From: Desulfobacterales bacterium
Lineage (GTDB): Bacteria; Desulfobacterota; Desulfobacteria; Desulfobacterales; SG8-13
Reading direction: 5' to 3'
Assembly (NCBI GenBank): GCA_049281435.1
Contig: JBAPSB010000016.1
Coordinates: forward strand, 10,262-74,261
DNA: 64,000 bases
Within the stretch, counting starts at the first letter, position 1, and each line of letters opens with the position of its first letter. The notes under the pieces are model-generated. The model made no database searches, was not told the DNA's origin, and was given only the letters and a program-made list of their open reading frames with translations. Of the stretch, positions 26,631 through 35,774 are shown piece by piece. The position numbers and the translations under genes were made by a program.

Positions 26631-29600
26631 GCGTCCTCTTTCTTCTTTGCTTCGGTAAAACGGCCTTCCTTGCGCTGGCTGCCCAACAGAGACTGGGCGG
26701 TAAACAGCATGCGGGCCGCCGCGCCGGTGTACCAGCTCCACCCGCCCCGGCCCTCGTAGCCCGGCCCGCAATAAACATCGGCCGGCTGCTGGTGCGGCGG
26801 CAGACCGTACACCGCCATATTTTCCGCCGAGAGATGGCCGAGCGGTGAGATCTTGCGCCACAGATTCTGCGCTTTGGCCCGGTAATCGGCGGCGATTTCC
26901 AATTCGCCCCGCGTCTTTGCTTCTTCCGATAGAACCAGCAGGGCATCCACCAGCCACGACACGCCGTGCGAATACTGGCCGCCGTTCTCGCGGACCCCCG
27001 GCGGATAATCGGCCAGCCGGCCGGGGTAGATGGTGTCACTTTCCGTAAACGGCGGCGCAAAGAGTTGGACGAGGGTCTCCTTTTCGAGTTCTTTCAGGGC
27101 CGTGGCCATGGCCCGCCGCCCCTTTTCCGGACCCGCGACGCCGGATATTATCGACCAGGCGGCCACCAGGGCGTTGGCGCGGGTTATCTGCCGCCCGTCA
27201 TCGGTGTAATAGTTGACATACCGGTCTCCCAGCCACGTCGCGTCGAGACGGTTTCTCAATGCCGCGGCTTTCACCAGCAAGTCCTTCTTCCGGCCTTGCC
27301 CTTCTTTTTTCGCCACCAGGTCGGCGAAGTGGATCAAAATATCGTGGAAGAAGAATCCGAGCCAGACACTCTCGCCCCTGTTTCTGATCCCGGCCGCATC
27401 GAGACCGTCGTTCCAATCGCCGGCCCCCAGAAGCGGCAAACCGTGCGGCCCGGTTTTCTGAAAAGTGAAGTCGATCGCCTTGACACAATGCTCATAGAGG
27501 CTCGCCGTGTCGCGGGAAGGACGCTGCGCCGCCACCCGCGTGGCGGACATTTTCCCCAGTGGTCCGCCTTCCAGGTAAGGCGTTTTTTCGTCCAGAATTA
27601 GCCAGTCTCCCGTGGCGTTCACGTAATGGTAGACCATGTAAGGCAGCCACAGGTGAGGGTCCGAAGCCCGTCCATGGGCGCCGATGCCCGTTTTTTCTTC
27701 CCAGGATCGATGCCACCACTGCAAGACGTCCCCGCCGTGAAACTGCTGGGCGGAGTGAAGCAGAATCTGCTGGCGGGCCAGCTCGGGTTTGTGATGAAGA
27801 AACGGCAGGACATCCTGGAGCTGGTCGCGGAAACCGAAGGCCCCGCTGCGCTGGTACGGTCCCAGCCGGCCCCAGAGACGGGCCACCAGCACCTGATACG
27901 GCAGCCAGCAATTGGCCATCCGGTCGAAAGCGATGTCGCCAGAGCAGGCCGGCGGCTCCCCGAGACATTGCCGCCACCACTGCCGGGTTTCAACAAAAGC
28001 CCTTTGAGCGGCGGGGACATCGCGAAACTTGCGGATGATCTCCGCGGCTTGTTCCCGGCTGCGGGTCTGGCCGAATATAAAACTCACCGTCACCTCGCCG
28101 AATGCGGGAACCTGCACCTCGCCGGCGAAAGCCGCACAGCGAAAGCCGTCATCGGGTTGGCGCGCATCGGAGGTGCCGTTTTGCAGCATGAAAGGATTGG
28201 TGAGGTCCCGCCCGCCGCCGCCGATGACTCTGGCCCGCACCGTCTCGAATGCGGCCGCCGGCAGACTCGTGGCGGCAAAAGCCCAGCCGCGCCAGAAGTC
28301 ATTGCGAGGATTGGAGAAGAAAAGCGCGGCCAGGTCTCGGTCGTGTTCCGTTACGATCCGGCCGCGCGTATCCACCGGCATCTCCCCCAACATGACCTGC
28401 CAATACGGCAGGACGCGATACGCCACAGATTCTGCGGTGCGATTGCGAATCGTGAGCAATCGGATCTCGGCCGGCTGGTCGGGCAAAACGAAATGGCACA
28501 TGTCCAGTTCGAGCGCCTCGCTGCGGTTCCTGGAAATCGCATAGCCCGGGCCCCAGCTGACATCGAAAGACCGGTCTTTTCTTCGCAAGGGAATGAAGGT
28601 GGGTGTATCCGCCTGGCCGGTCGTCCGGTTCAGCAGGTAGAAAACCTGCCCGGGCAGCTGCGAGGAAACCGAGTCGGTGTCGAACGGCGTCAGCCCGTTT
28701 TGCTGCGAATTCCGCATGAAGGAATAGCCGGCGCCCTGGTTCGTCACCACGCAGCCGTAGCCGAGGGGATTGGCCATCACATGATTCCAGGGCCGGGGGG
28801 TGTCACAACCGACGGTGAGTTTGCCGCCGTCGGGCGAAAACCGGTAGAAAAGAGGCGCGGGCTCGCCGCTGCCGGCTTTTTCCGCAGCGATTCGCCGGTT
28901 CAGACTGCGCGTGCGGGTAAACGCGGGCCCATCGCGGACATTCGCCGGTGGGGGCAGGCCGATGTGTTTCGCGATAAGCGCCAGGGCCTGGCGCTCGTCG
29001 AGCCCATACCCGTCGACGAAGGTCACCGTGGCCGAGCCGAGCGGTGGCAGTTCGACCCGCAGGCTCAGGCTGGCAACCGGGTCGAAGGTGTAACAGAGGC
29101 CTTCGTCCCCGGGATCGCGCCGGCCGTCCGTCAGTCCCGCGGGAGCCGACAGCGTCTCGCGGCCGATGAAAAGCGAGCGGGAATCCTGGTATCCGATGAG
29201 GGCGATCCCGTTCGCCGCATCCTCTTTCACCGCGTGAAAGGCCGTCTCTGCGGAAGACTGCCGCCCGGTCGCGTCCTTTTGGGCCCTCTTGAGCAGACGG
29301 TTGCCGGCCAGCAGGGCGCCCAGCGGGCGAACGAACCGCGTGCCGATATGCAGGTGGTTGAAAAAGGGGTGGCGCCTGTAAGCGTCGGTGTTGTTCAGGC
29401 CGAACTCCTGATAACTGGTCAGCTCGATGATCCGGGGCCGTGGCTCGAGATTTTTCAGCTGCACGTGCCGGATTTCAACCGGTTCGTATTCACCCACGCG
29501 CAGTTTCATCTCGGCGTAAATGCCCCCTTGTTCCGTTGCCATTTCCAGGGCCAGCGGATCGGTCTGCACCGCCCGGTAATCGCCTGCCCGGCGCCGCGCA

Positions 29601-32107
29601 GGGGCAGAGCCGATCGACCAGAACCGATCGGGATCATCCGGCGAACCGGTAAACTCCCTAAGATAAAAAAATTTGCCCCGCATCTGAAGCGGGTCATCCG
29701 GCCGGCGGGTGATATCGATCTCGAAGCCCTTTCTCAGGCCGCTGAAAACCCGGCTGTACCCCCTGCCGTCGCCAGTGATCTCGGCGGTGTACGTGCCGTT
29801 GGACAGGACGAATTTTTCGCGCCCGTCCGGCGATTGACGACCCTTGAGTTCCCCTGATACCGGCCGGATGACCGCCGGCGGAGACCGGCGTTTTTGGCAG
29901 GCGAAAAAAAGTCCCAGCGCAGCGGCGACAAATAAAAATCCGCCCACGACATAGTACACCGGCGACCAGGCGGCGTCGGCCAACCGGGCGGCGCGTTCGG
30001 CCGAGGTTTGCCAGACGTAATTCCATTCCGTACCGCGTGGCAGGTAGAAAGGAATCAGCAGGGGCGCCCAGGTGGCAAACCGCCTCAAGCCCAGGGGCAT
30101 GCAGCGGGCTCGGGCCGAATAACCGATGGCCCGGGCCGCCTTTTCGTCCAGAATGTCGGCGCCGACGAAAGACAAATTGACCAGGGTGGCCACCCGCAAC
30201 CCCATGTGGTCGACCCAGATCAGGATGCGGAACCAGTCGTAGACCAGCAGATTGAGGAAAACGTTCAGGCTCCAGGCGCGAAAGCTCTCGGGATCGAGGG
30301 TCCAGCTCTTGAATGTGGCCACGAGCGTCCGGATGGCGCCGTCCTGGTTGTACCACGTCGGATCCGGAGACATGCGCAGGAAGGAATAGATGACCGGTGC
30401 CATCCACAATCCCCACCGCAGAACGCGCACGGCCTGCTCGACCAGCGCTATCACCCCATTGCGCGTGAAAAGCTCCTTCAAGGGCGCGCTGCTGCGCTGG
30501 AGCAAGGCATTGAGAACGACAAGGTTGATGCTGAAGAGCGGGGCGGCCAGTGACCAGTTGATCACGCCCGAGAGCGCCTCGTTGTAAAGCAGCCGGACAC
30601 CGCCGGGGGTGTGGCCCAGGTTCAGGGCGCCCCATTTGCTGAAAAGCGGATAGATGACATAGTCGGCCACGGCCTTATCGGCCGCGGGATAGTAAAGTGC
30701 GGCGTATTTGAAGAACTTGCTGGTCAGCACCCGCAACTGCAAGGTGTCGGCGTACCAGGCCAGGCCGCCGCCGGCGACGCCGCCCAAAATAATCCCCAGG
30801 GCATACACGCGCCAGGCCTGCAGGCGCTGCCTTCTGCCGCTCAGCACCTCGAAGGCATCCCTCAGGAAATCGACGCCCCCGTAGCCCGCGGCCCCGGCCA
30901 GGAGCCCGAAAAAAAACCGTTCGTAGCCGCCGACCATCGGCAGGCCATTGGCGAAGGCATCCCCGCAAAAACCGCCCAGCACGGCCCCGCGCAGCAAACT
31001 AACTGGCTGGCGGTAATTTTGGCCGGCTCTCTGGAAAAACCTGTCGCTGCCGTCGAAGGTTTCGATGATGGTCTTGAGAAACGGGAAGACCAGGGCCCCC
31101 GCAAAGGCGGAGAATATCACGGGGGCGGCCCTGGCCAGTGAGACGACGGCGTCCATCCGCATCAGCACGGCCAGGAGTTGGATGATCGAAATGAAAACCA
31201 GGCTGTAGACCGCCCCTTTGGTAAAGCCGGACCGGAAGTGGTCGGAGCCCCAGTACCAGGTCGGCTGCTGGCCGTGAAAGGCGTCCATTATCAGGCCGGT
31301 AATCAGGAAGGTCTGGCTCCAGAGTCCCGCCTGGGAGAGCATGGCAAAAAAAAGGGCCGCCGGCACGGCGGCAATCCCGGGCAGGACGGCCAGGTAGGCG
31401 GCCGATCCCCAGTCGGCGAATTCCGGCGTGACGGCCGCCATCAGGGCGCTGCCCAACAGCAGGGCGTGCACCCTCGCATCTGCGACCAGGCGCCGGGCCA
31501 CCAGCAGGCCGATCAGGTTGGCGACCGCCTCGTTGAACAGCCCCAAAATGACGCTGCGCCCCAGGAAAACCGCCAGGGCGGAACCGATGGCCGTGCCGGG
31601 CAGGGCCGCATTTCCGATCCGTCCCACGAGATTCGTGGTTCCGATGAGAAGCAGGCCATTGAAAAGAAAGGGAATCACCAGGATCGTGCCGGCCAGCAGC
31701 GGCTGCGGGTGCCGTCCGGCAACCGCCAGATGTTGAACCACGGCCAGACTGTAGACCGCGGCAAACAGGCTCGCGGCCAGGCCGGTCATAAAAAAAGGAT
31801 CATCTAACGTCCTGGGCACCTGCCATACGTCGAGGCCGGCCCGAACGCCGAGCGCAAAGACGGCCGGCACGAGAAAGTCCTGAAATCCTTCGACCAGCGT
31901 GAGCCACTTACCGGTGAAGTGCAACTTAAAGAATCCGGCGGCAAGCAGTCCGAGAACACCCGCCGGCATGGCGCTCACCCACCCCTGTCCCCGCGCGGCG
32001 GCATAAATGGAGGCCGCCGCGGCCAGGGTGCCGCACAAGAAAAGAAACCCGCTGCGCAGCGGGCGGTCTTTTGCAACAGCGCCGGTTTCGTGGGCCTTAT
32101 CTGTCAT
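26627..32107 (-). CDS. 1826-aa fusion: large polytopic membrane domain + GH94-type (cellobiose/beta-1,2-glucan phosphorylase-like, former GT36) domain
   Basis: About 700 aa of TM helices. The C-terminal half has GH94 hallmarks: FGFRDQLQD, DVLQWWH, SDPHLWLPY, GDWNDGLD, ENGGQYSHG, GGWSWYTGAA. Confidence 0.75.
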   Translation of the reverse strand: MTDKAHETGAVAKDRPLRSGFLFLCGTLAAAASIYAAARGQGWVSAMPAGVLGLLAAGFFKLHFTGKWLTLVEGFQDFLVPAVFALGVRAGLDVWQVPRTLDDPFFMTGLAASLFAAVYSLAVVQHLAVAGRHPQPLLAGTILVIPFLFNGLLLIGTTNLVGRIGNAALPGTAIGSALAVFLGRSVILGLFNEAVANLIGLLVARRLVADARVHALLLGSALMAAVTPEFADWGSAAYLAVLPGIAAVPAALFFAMLSQAGLWSQTFLITGLIMDAFHGQQPTWYWGSDHFRSGFTKGAVYSLVFISIIQLLAVLMRMDAVVSLARAAPVIFSAFAGALVFPFLKTIIETFDGSDRFFQRAGQNYRQPVSLLRGAVLGGFCGDAFANGLPMVGGYERFFFGLLAGAAGYGGVDFLRDAFEVLSGRRQRLQAWRVYALGIILGGVAGGGLAWYADTLQLRVLTSKFFKYAALYYPAADKAVADYVIYPLFSKWGALNLGHTPGGVRLLYNEALSGVINWSLAAPLFSINLVVLNALLQRSSAPLKELFTRNGVIALVEQAVRVLRWGLWMAPVIYSFLRMSPDPTWYNQDGAIRTLVATFKSWTLDPESFRAWSLNVFLNLLVYDWFRILIWVDHMGLRVATLVNLSFVGADILDEKAARAIGYSARARCMPLGLRRFATWAPLLIPFYLPRGTEWNYVWQTSAERAARLADAAWSPVYYVVGGFLFVAAALGLFFACQKRRSPPAVIRPVSGELKGRQSPDGREKFVLSNGTYTAEITGDGRGYSRVFSGLRKGFEIDITRRPDDPLQMRGKFFYLREFTGSPDDPDRFWSIGSAPARRRAGDYRAVQTDPLALEMATEQGGIYAEMKLRVGEYEPVEIRHVQLKNLEPRPRIIELTSYQEFGLNNTDAYRRHPFFNHLHIGTRFVRPLGALLAGNRLLKRAQKDATGRQSSAETAFHAVKEDAANGIALIGYQDSRSLFIGRETLSAPAGLTDGRRDPGDEGLCYTFDPVASLSLRVELPPLGSATVTFVDGYGLDERQALALIAKHIGLPPPANVRDGPAFTRTRSLNRRIAAEKAGSGEPAPLFYRFSPDGGKLTVGCDTPRPWNHVMANPLGYGCVVTNQGAGYSFMRNSQQNGLTPFDTDSVSSQLPGQVFYLLNRTTGQADTPTFIPLRRKDRSFDVSWGPGYAISRNRSEALELDMCHFVLPDQPAEIRLLTIRNRTAESVAYRVLPYWQVMLGEMPVDTRGRIVTEHDRDLAALFFSNPRNDFWRGWAFAATSLPAAAFETVRARVIGGGGRDLTNPFMLQNGTSDARQPDDGFRCAAFAGEVQVPAFGEVTVSFIFGQTRSREQAAEIIRKFRDVPAAQRAFVETRQWWRQCLGEPPACSGDIAFDRMANCWLPYQVLVARLWGRLGPYQRSGAFGFRDQLQDVLPFLHHKPELARQQILLHSAQQFHGGDVLQWWHRSWEEKTGIGAHGRASDPHLWLPYMVYHYVNATGDWLILDEKTPYLEGGPLGKMSATRVAAQRPSRDTASLYEHCVKAIDFTFQKTGPHGLPLLGAGDWNDGLDAAGIRNRGESVWLGFFFHDILIHFADLVAKKEGQGRKKDLLVKAAALRNRLDATWLGDRYVNYYTDDGRQITRANALVAAWSIISGVAGPEKGRRAMATALKELEKETLVQLFAPPFTESDTIYPGRLADYPPGVRENGGQYSHGVSWLVDALLVLSEEAKTRGELEIAADYRAKAQNLWRKISPLGHLSAENMAVYGLPPHQQPADVYCGPGYEGRGGWSWYTGAAARMLFTAQSLLGSQRKEGRFTEAKKKEDA

Positions 32108-32319
32108 GTCCGTTCCCGATTCCGTCGCAAATCGTGATGACCGGCTCTACAGGCTTTAAAATAAAGGTGACGGTGTCCGGGGGGCGTGTTGCCCTGCACC
32201 ACCCTTCCCCTGGCCGCGTCAGACGCTTTATCTGAGAGAACCGGCAGGCGGACAATCAGCCGGACGAAGCGGCTCCCCGAGCCGAAACGAGCGCTCCGTC
32301 CAGCTGATCGGTGTTCGCA

Positions 32320-33894
32320 TCAGGGTTGATAGACATAGCTCCAGGTTTCACTGAGAACGTCGGGGCCTCTTTTCAAAAAGGCCCGGATTTCGATAGGGCC
32401 CGCTGGGCCGGGGTCGGCCTGCTTTTCAGGGGCGATCTGAAAGACCAGGCGCCAGTGCCCGGTTTGCGGTACTTTGGCGAGCTGCTGTTCGACAAGGGTG
32501 GCATTGGGGCTGACATGGATGGCCGCTTCGAGCGGTTGATCGGCGGCAAGCGCGGCCAGATCGCCGCCGGTGAAATCGACCACGAACTTGCGCAGCCCGG
32601 GCGCTTTGCCTTCGGCCGTGCGGGATGCATCCACGTACGCGCCCGGCGGGCGATGCCCGGCGGCGAAGTAATGCCAGCTCATGCGGTAGTCGAAGCTGAC
32701 GGGCTGGCCGACCGGGGGCGGGGTGGCGGGAACCCAGAAGGCCACGATATTGTCGTGGATCTCTTCGTCGGTCGGGATCATGATCAACTGCACCCGCCCG
32801 GCGCCCCAGCTGCCGACCGGCGCCACCCAGAGGCTGGGCCGATTTTCATAGTTGCTCTCGATGTCCTGGTAGTGATCATACGCCTGGTCCCGCTGCAGGA
32901 GACCGAAGCCTTTGGGGTTGGTCATCTGAAAGGAGGTCACCAGAAGCTTGGGCGGGTTGACCAACGGGCGCCAGATCCATTCGCCGGACCCGGTCTCCAT
33001 CATCAAGCCGTCGGTGTCGTGAATTTCGGGCCGAAAATCGTCTACCGGCCGCGGATACGTGTTTTCACCGTAGAAGAACATGCTCGTCATCGGCGCAATG
33101 CCGAGTTGCTCGATTTTTCTCCTGGGAAAAAGAGTGCTTCTGACATCCATGACCGTCTCTTTTCCGGGATGAATGACAAACTGATAGGCACCGGCAATGC
33201 TGGGGCCGTCGAGAATGGCATAGAGGGTGAGTTCCTGCGCGTCGGGCGCCGGTTTTTGGATCCAGAACTTGCGGAAGTACGGAAATTCTTCGCCGCTCGG
33301 CAGATAGGTGTCGATGGCCAGCCCGCGGGCCGAAAGGCCGTAGTTCATGTTCCGGCCGACCGCCCGGAAATAGCTGGCCCCGAGAAACACGGCCACCTCG
33401 TCCTGATATTCCGGCTTGTTGATGGGATAGTGGATCCGAAACCCGGCGAAGCCCAGATCATCGGGCACGAGATCCGCGACCCTTTTTTTCTTGTAGTCGA
33501 AGAGATCTTTCGAGAAGCGCACCGGATGGATGGTGCCCGACGGTTCGATCACGTTGATCTTCACCGTCCGATCGAAATAAAGGCCCGGATGAAAAAACTG
33601 CAGCGTGAAGGGCAGATTTTCATCGCGCCACAGGGCCTTGGGCGGCTTGAAGCGAATGTCACGCCAGTCGTCATAGTCGATTTTCATGAGCCGCTCGGGC
33701 ACTTCACCGGCCGGACTCTTGTAAGGGGCGAGCGACAGCTGGCGGGCTTCGTCGAGCGCCGTTTCAAAAGTAAAGGGAGCATTGGCCGCGGCCTCGGAGA
33801 GATCGAACTGGGCGCAGCCGCTGAAAATAGCGAAAAGAAAAAAAAGAAGAAAAATTTGACGGTGGTGGAACCAGTTAAAAAATTTCAAAATCAT
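32320..33894 (-). CDS. opgG: periplasmic glucan biosynthesis protein OpgG/MdoG family (beta-1,2-glucanase fold)
   Basis: MdoG-like over the full length (IDYDDWRDIRF, FFHPGLYF, GASYFRA, NPKGFGLLQRD). Signal peptide with possible lipobox FSGC. Confidence 0.8.
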   Translation of the reverse strand: MILKFFNWFHHRQIFLLFFLFAIFSGCAQFDLSEAAANAPFTFETALDEARQLSLAPYKSPAGEVPERLMKIDYDDWRDIRFKPPKALWRDENLPFTLQFFHPGLYFDRTVKINVIEPSGTIHPVRFSKDLFDYKKKRVADLVPDDLGFAGFRIHYPINKPEYQDEVAVFLGASYFRAVGRNMNYGLSARGLAIDTYLPSGEEFPYFRKFWIQKPAPDAQELTLYAILDGPSIAGAYQFVIHPGKETVMDVRSTLFPRRKIEQLGIAPMTSMFFYGENTYPRPVDDFRPEIHDTDGLMMETGSGEWIWRPLVNPPKLLVTSFQMTNPKGFGLLQRDQAYDHYQDIESNYENRPSLWVAPVGSWGAGRVQLIMIPTDEEIHDNIVAFWVPATPPPVGQPVSFDYRMSWHYFAAGHRPPGAYVDASRTAEGKAPGLRKFVVDFTGGDLAALAADQPLEAAIHVSPNATLVEQQLAKVPQTGHWRLVFQIAPEKQADPGPAGPIEIRAFLKRGPDVLSETWSYVYQP

Positions 33895-33949
33895 TACGTG
33901 CCTCCATGGGTCGGTCTAGGTCGAGTCATGTGTCGCCGGTGTGCTGACC

Positions 33950-35596
33950 CTAGCGGAACTGTTTGCGCAGGGCCCTTTTGTTGAGTTTGCCGACGCTTGT
34001 TTTGGCGATGCTCTCGACCAGAAGCACCTGGCCGGGCACGCCGAACTTGGGGATCGTCCCGTTCTGAACGAATTTCATGAAAAAGTTCAGCAGGTCTTCT
34101 TCCTTTACTTTGCCCGCGAACTCTTTTTTCAGAACGACCAGGGCCAGGGGGCGTTCGCCCCACTTTTCGTCCGGCACGGCGATGACCGCCGCCTCGCTGA
34201 TGGCCTCGTGCTGGCTGATGATGTCCTCCAGGGTCAGCGAGGACACCCATTCACCGCCGGACTTGATGACGTCCTTGATCCGGTCGGTGATCTTCAGGTA
34301 GCCTTCGCCGTCGATGAAACCGACGTCGCCGGTGTGCAGCCAGCCGCCGCGCCACAGCTCTTCGCTGCGCTCGGGTTCTTTCAGGTAGCCCTGGGTCAGC
34401 CAGGGCGCGCGGGCCACCACCTCTCCGGTCGCCTGACCGTCGTGCGGCAGCGATTTTCCTTCCGGGTCGACGATGTCGAGCAGGACGTTGGGGATCGGCA
34501 ATCCGGTCCGGCAGCGGATGTCGACCTGCCGGTCGCGGTCCCAGTCCAGCATGTGCGGCTTGAAGTTGGCCAGGGTCAGGATCGGGCAGGTCTCGGACAT
34601 GCCGTAGCCGGTGAAAACGTTGATCCCCAGATCGAGCGCCGCCCGGCAGAGGCCCTTCGGCAGCGCGGAGCCGCCGATGATCACCTTCCAGTGCGACAGG
34701 TCGACCTTTTTCACGGCCGGGCTGGAGACCAGCATGTGCAGGATGGTCGGCACGCAGTGGGAAAAGGTGACATTTTCCGCGGCGACCAGCTTCAGCAGCA
34801 TTTCCGGTTCGTAGCGGCCCGGATAGACCTGCTTGGTCCCCAGCAGCGTCATCAGGTAGGGGATGCCCCAGGCGTGGACGTGGAACATCGGCGTCATGGG
34901 CATGTAGACGTCGCCCGAATCGATTGTGGCCTGGGTCTTGTAGGCGCACAGTCCGGCGATGACACCGTAGGTGTGCAGCACCAGCTGGCGATGGCTGAAG
35001 TAAACCCCCTTGGGCAGGCCGGTGGTGCCGGTGGTGTAGAAGGTGGTCGCCATCGTGTTTTCATCAAAATCGAGAAACTCGTAGCCCCCGTCGTTCTCAC
35101 CGAGCAGGGCCTCGTATTCCCCCGCGATGGCCAGGGCGGTGGGCGGCGTATCGTCGGCATCATTGATAAGAATAATTTTTTTGACCGTTTCGAACTGGTC
35201 TTTTAGCCCCTCGAGCAACGGCAAAAACTCGGCGTTGACCAGGATGATGTCGTCCTCGGCGTGGTTGATGGTGTAAATGAGCTGCTCGGACGACAGGCGC
35301 ACATTGACGGTGTGCAGCACGGCGCCCATCATCGGCACCGCAAAAAAACACTCCAGGTAGCGGTGGCTGTCCCAGTCCATCATCGCCACGGTATCACCCG
35401 GCTTCACGCCCTGCCGCTGCAGCATGCCGGCCAGCCGCGTCACGCGGTTGAAAAACGTTTCATAGTCGTAGCGCACCCGGTCGCGGTAAACGATTTCCTG
35501 TTGCGGAGCGTAGATCAGAGGGGTGGACAGCATGTTCTTGATCAGGAGCTGATACGGATAGGCTGACGGAGTTCGGTGGATCTGTTTAGCCGGCAT
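33950..35596 (-). CDS. AMP-forming fatty-acyl-CoA synthetase
   Basis: AMP-binding signature [42 protein letters not shown]. Confidence 0.85.
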   Translation of the reverse strand: MPAKQIHRTPSAYPYQLLIKNMLSTPLIYAPQQEIVYRDRVRYDYETFFNRVTRLAGMLQRQGVKPGDTVAMMDWDSHRYLECFFAVPMMGAVLHTVNVRLSSEQLIYTINHAEDDIILVNAEFLPLLEGLKDQFETVKKIILINDADDTPPTALAIAGEYEALLGENDGGYEFLDFDENTMATTFYTTGTTGLPKGVYFSHRQLVLHTYGVIAGLCAYKTQATIDSGDVYMPMTPMFHVHAWGIPYLMTLLGTKQVYPGRYEPEMLLKLVAAENVTFSHCVPTILHMLVSSPAVKKVDLSHWKVIIGGSALPKGLCRAALDLGINVFTGYGMSETCPILTLANFKPHMLDWDRDRQVDIRCRTGLPIPNVLLDIVDPEGKSLPHDGQATGEVVARAPWLTQGYLKEPERSEELWRGGWLHTGDVGFIDGEGYLKITDRIKDVIKSGGEWVSSLTLEDIISQHEAISEAAVIAVPDEKWGERPLALVVLKKEFAGKVKEEDLLNFFMKFVQNGTIPKFGVPGQVLLVESIAKTSVGKLNKRALRKQFR

Positions 35597-35774
35597 GGTA
35601 AACTCCTTTCTGCGATCGGTTGATTCACGCGAAAGCCCTTGTCATCAGAGCTGTTTTATCTCAAATTTCGGCCAAGTCTTCAAGAACGTATTCTCTGCGA
35701 GGCCCACCGTCTAAAAGGAAATACGGGCGTCTCAATCCCCCGGAATCGTTCTGTTCTGTTTTTTGGCGAGACCT

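Noticed and set aside
27626-29857. 743-aa plus-strand ORF, and similar long ORFs antisense to real genes: 1006..1938, 2653..3918, 4093..5514, 19183..20247, 19467..20699, 32311..33984, 33941..35206, 39797..42082, 54690..55706, 57751..58626, 58311..59276.
   Set aside because: They lie opposite genes with clear family signatures. Their translations are low-complexity Arg/Gly/Pro/Ala-rich with no recognisable motifs. This is typical of shadow ORFs in GC-rich DNA.
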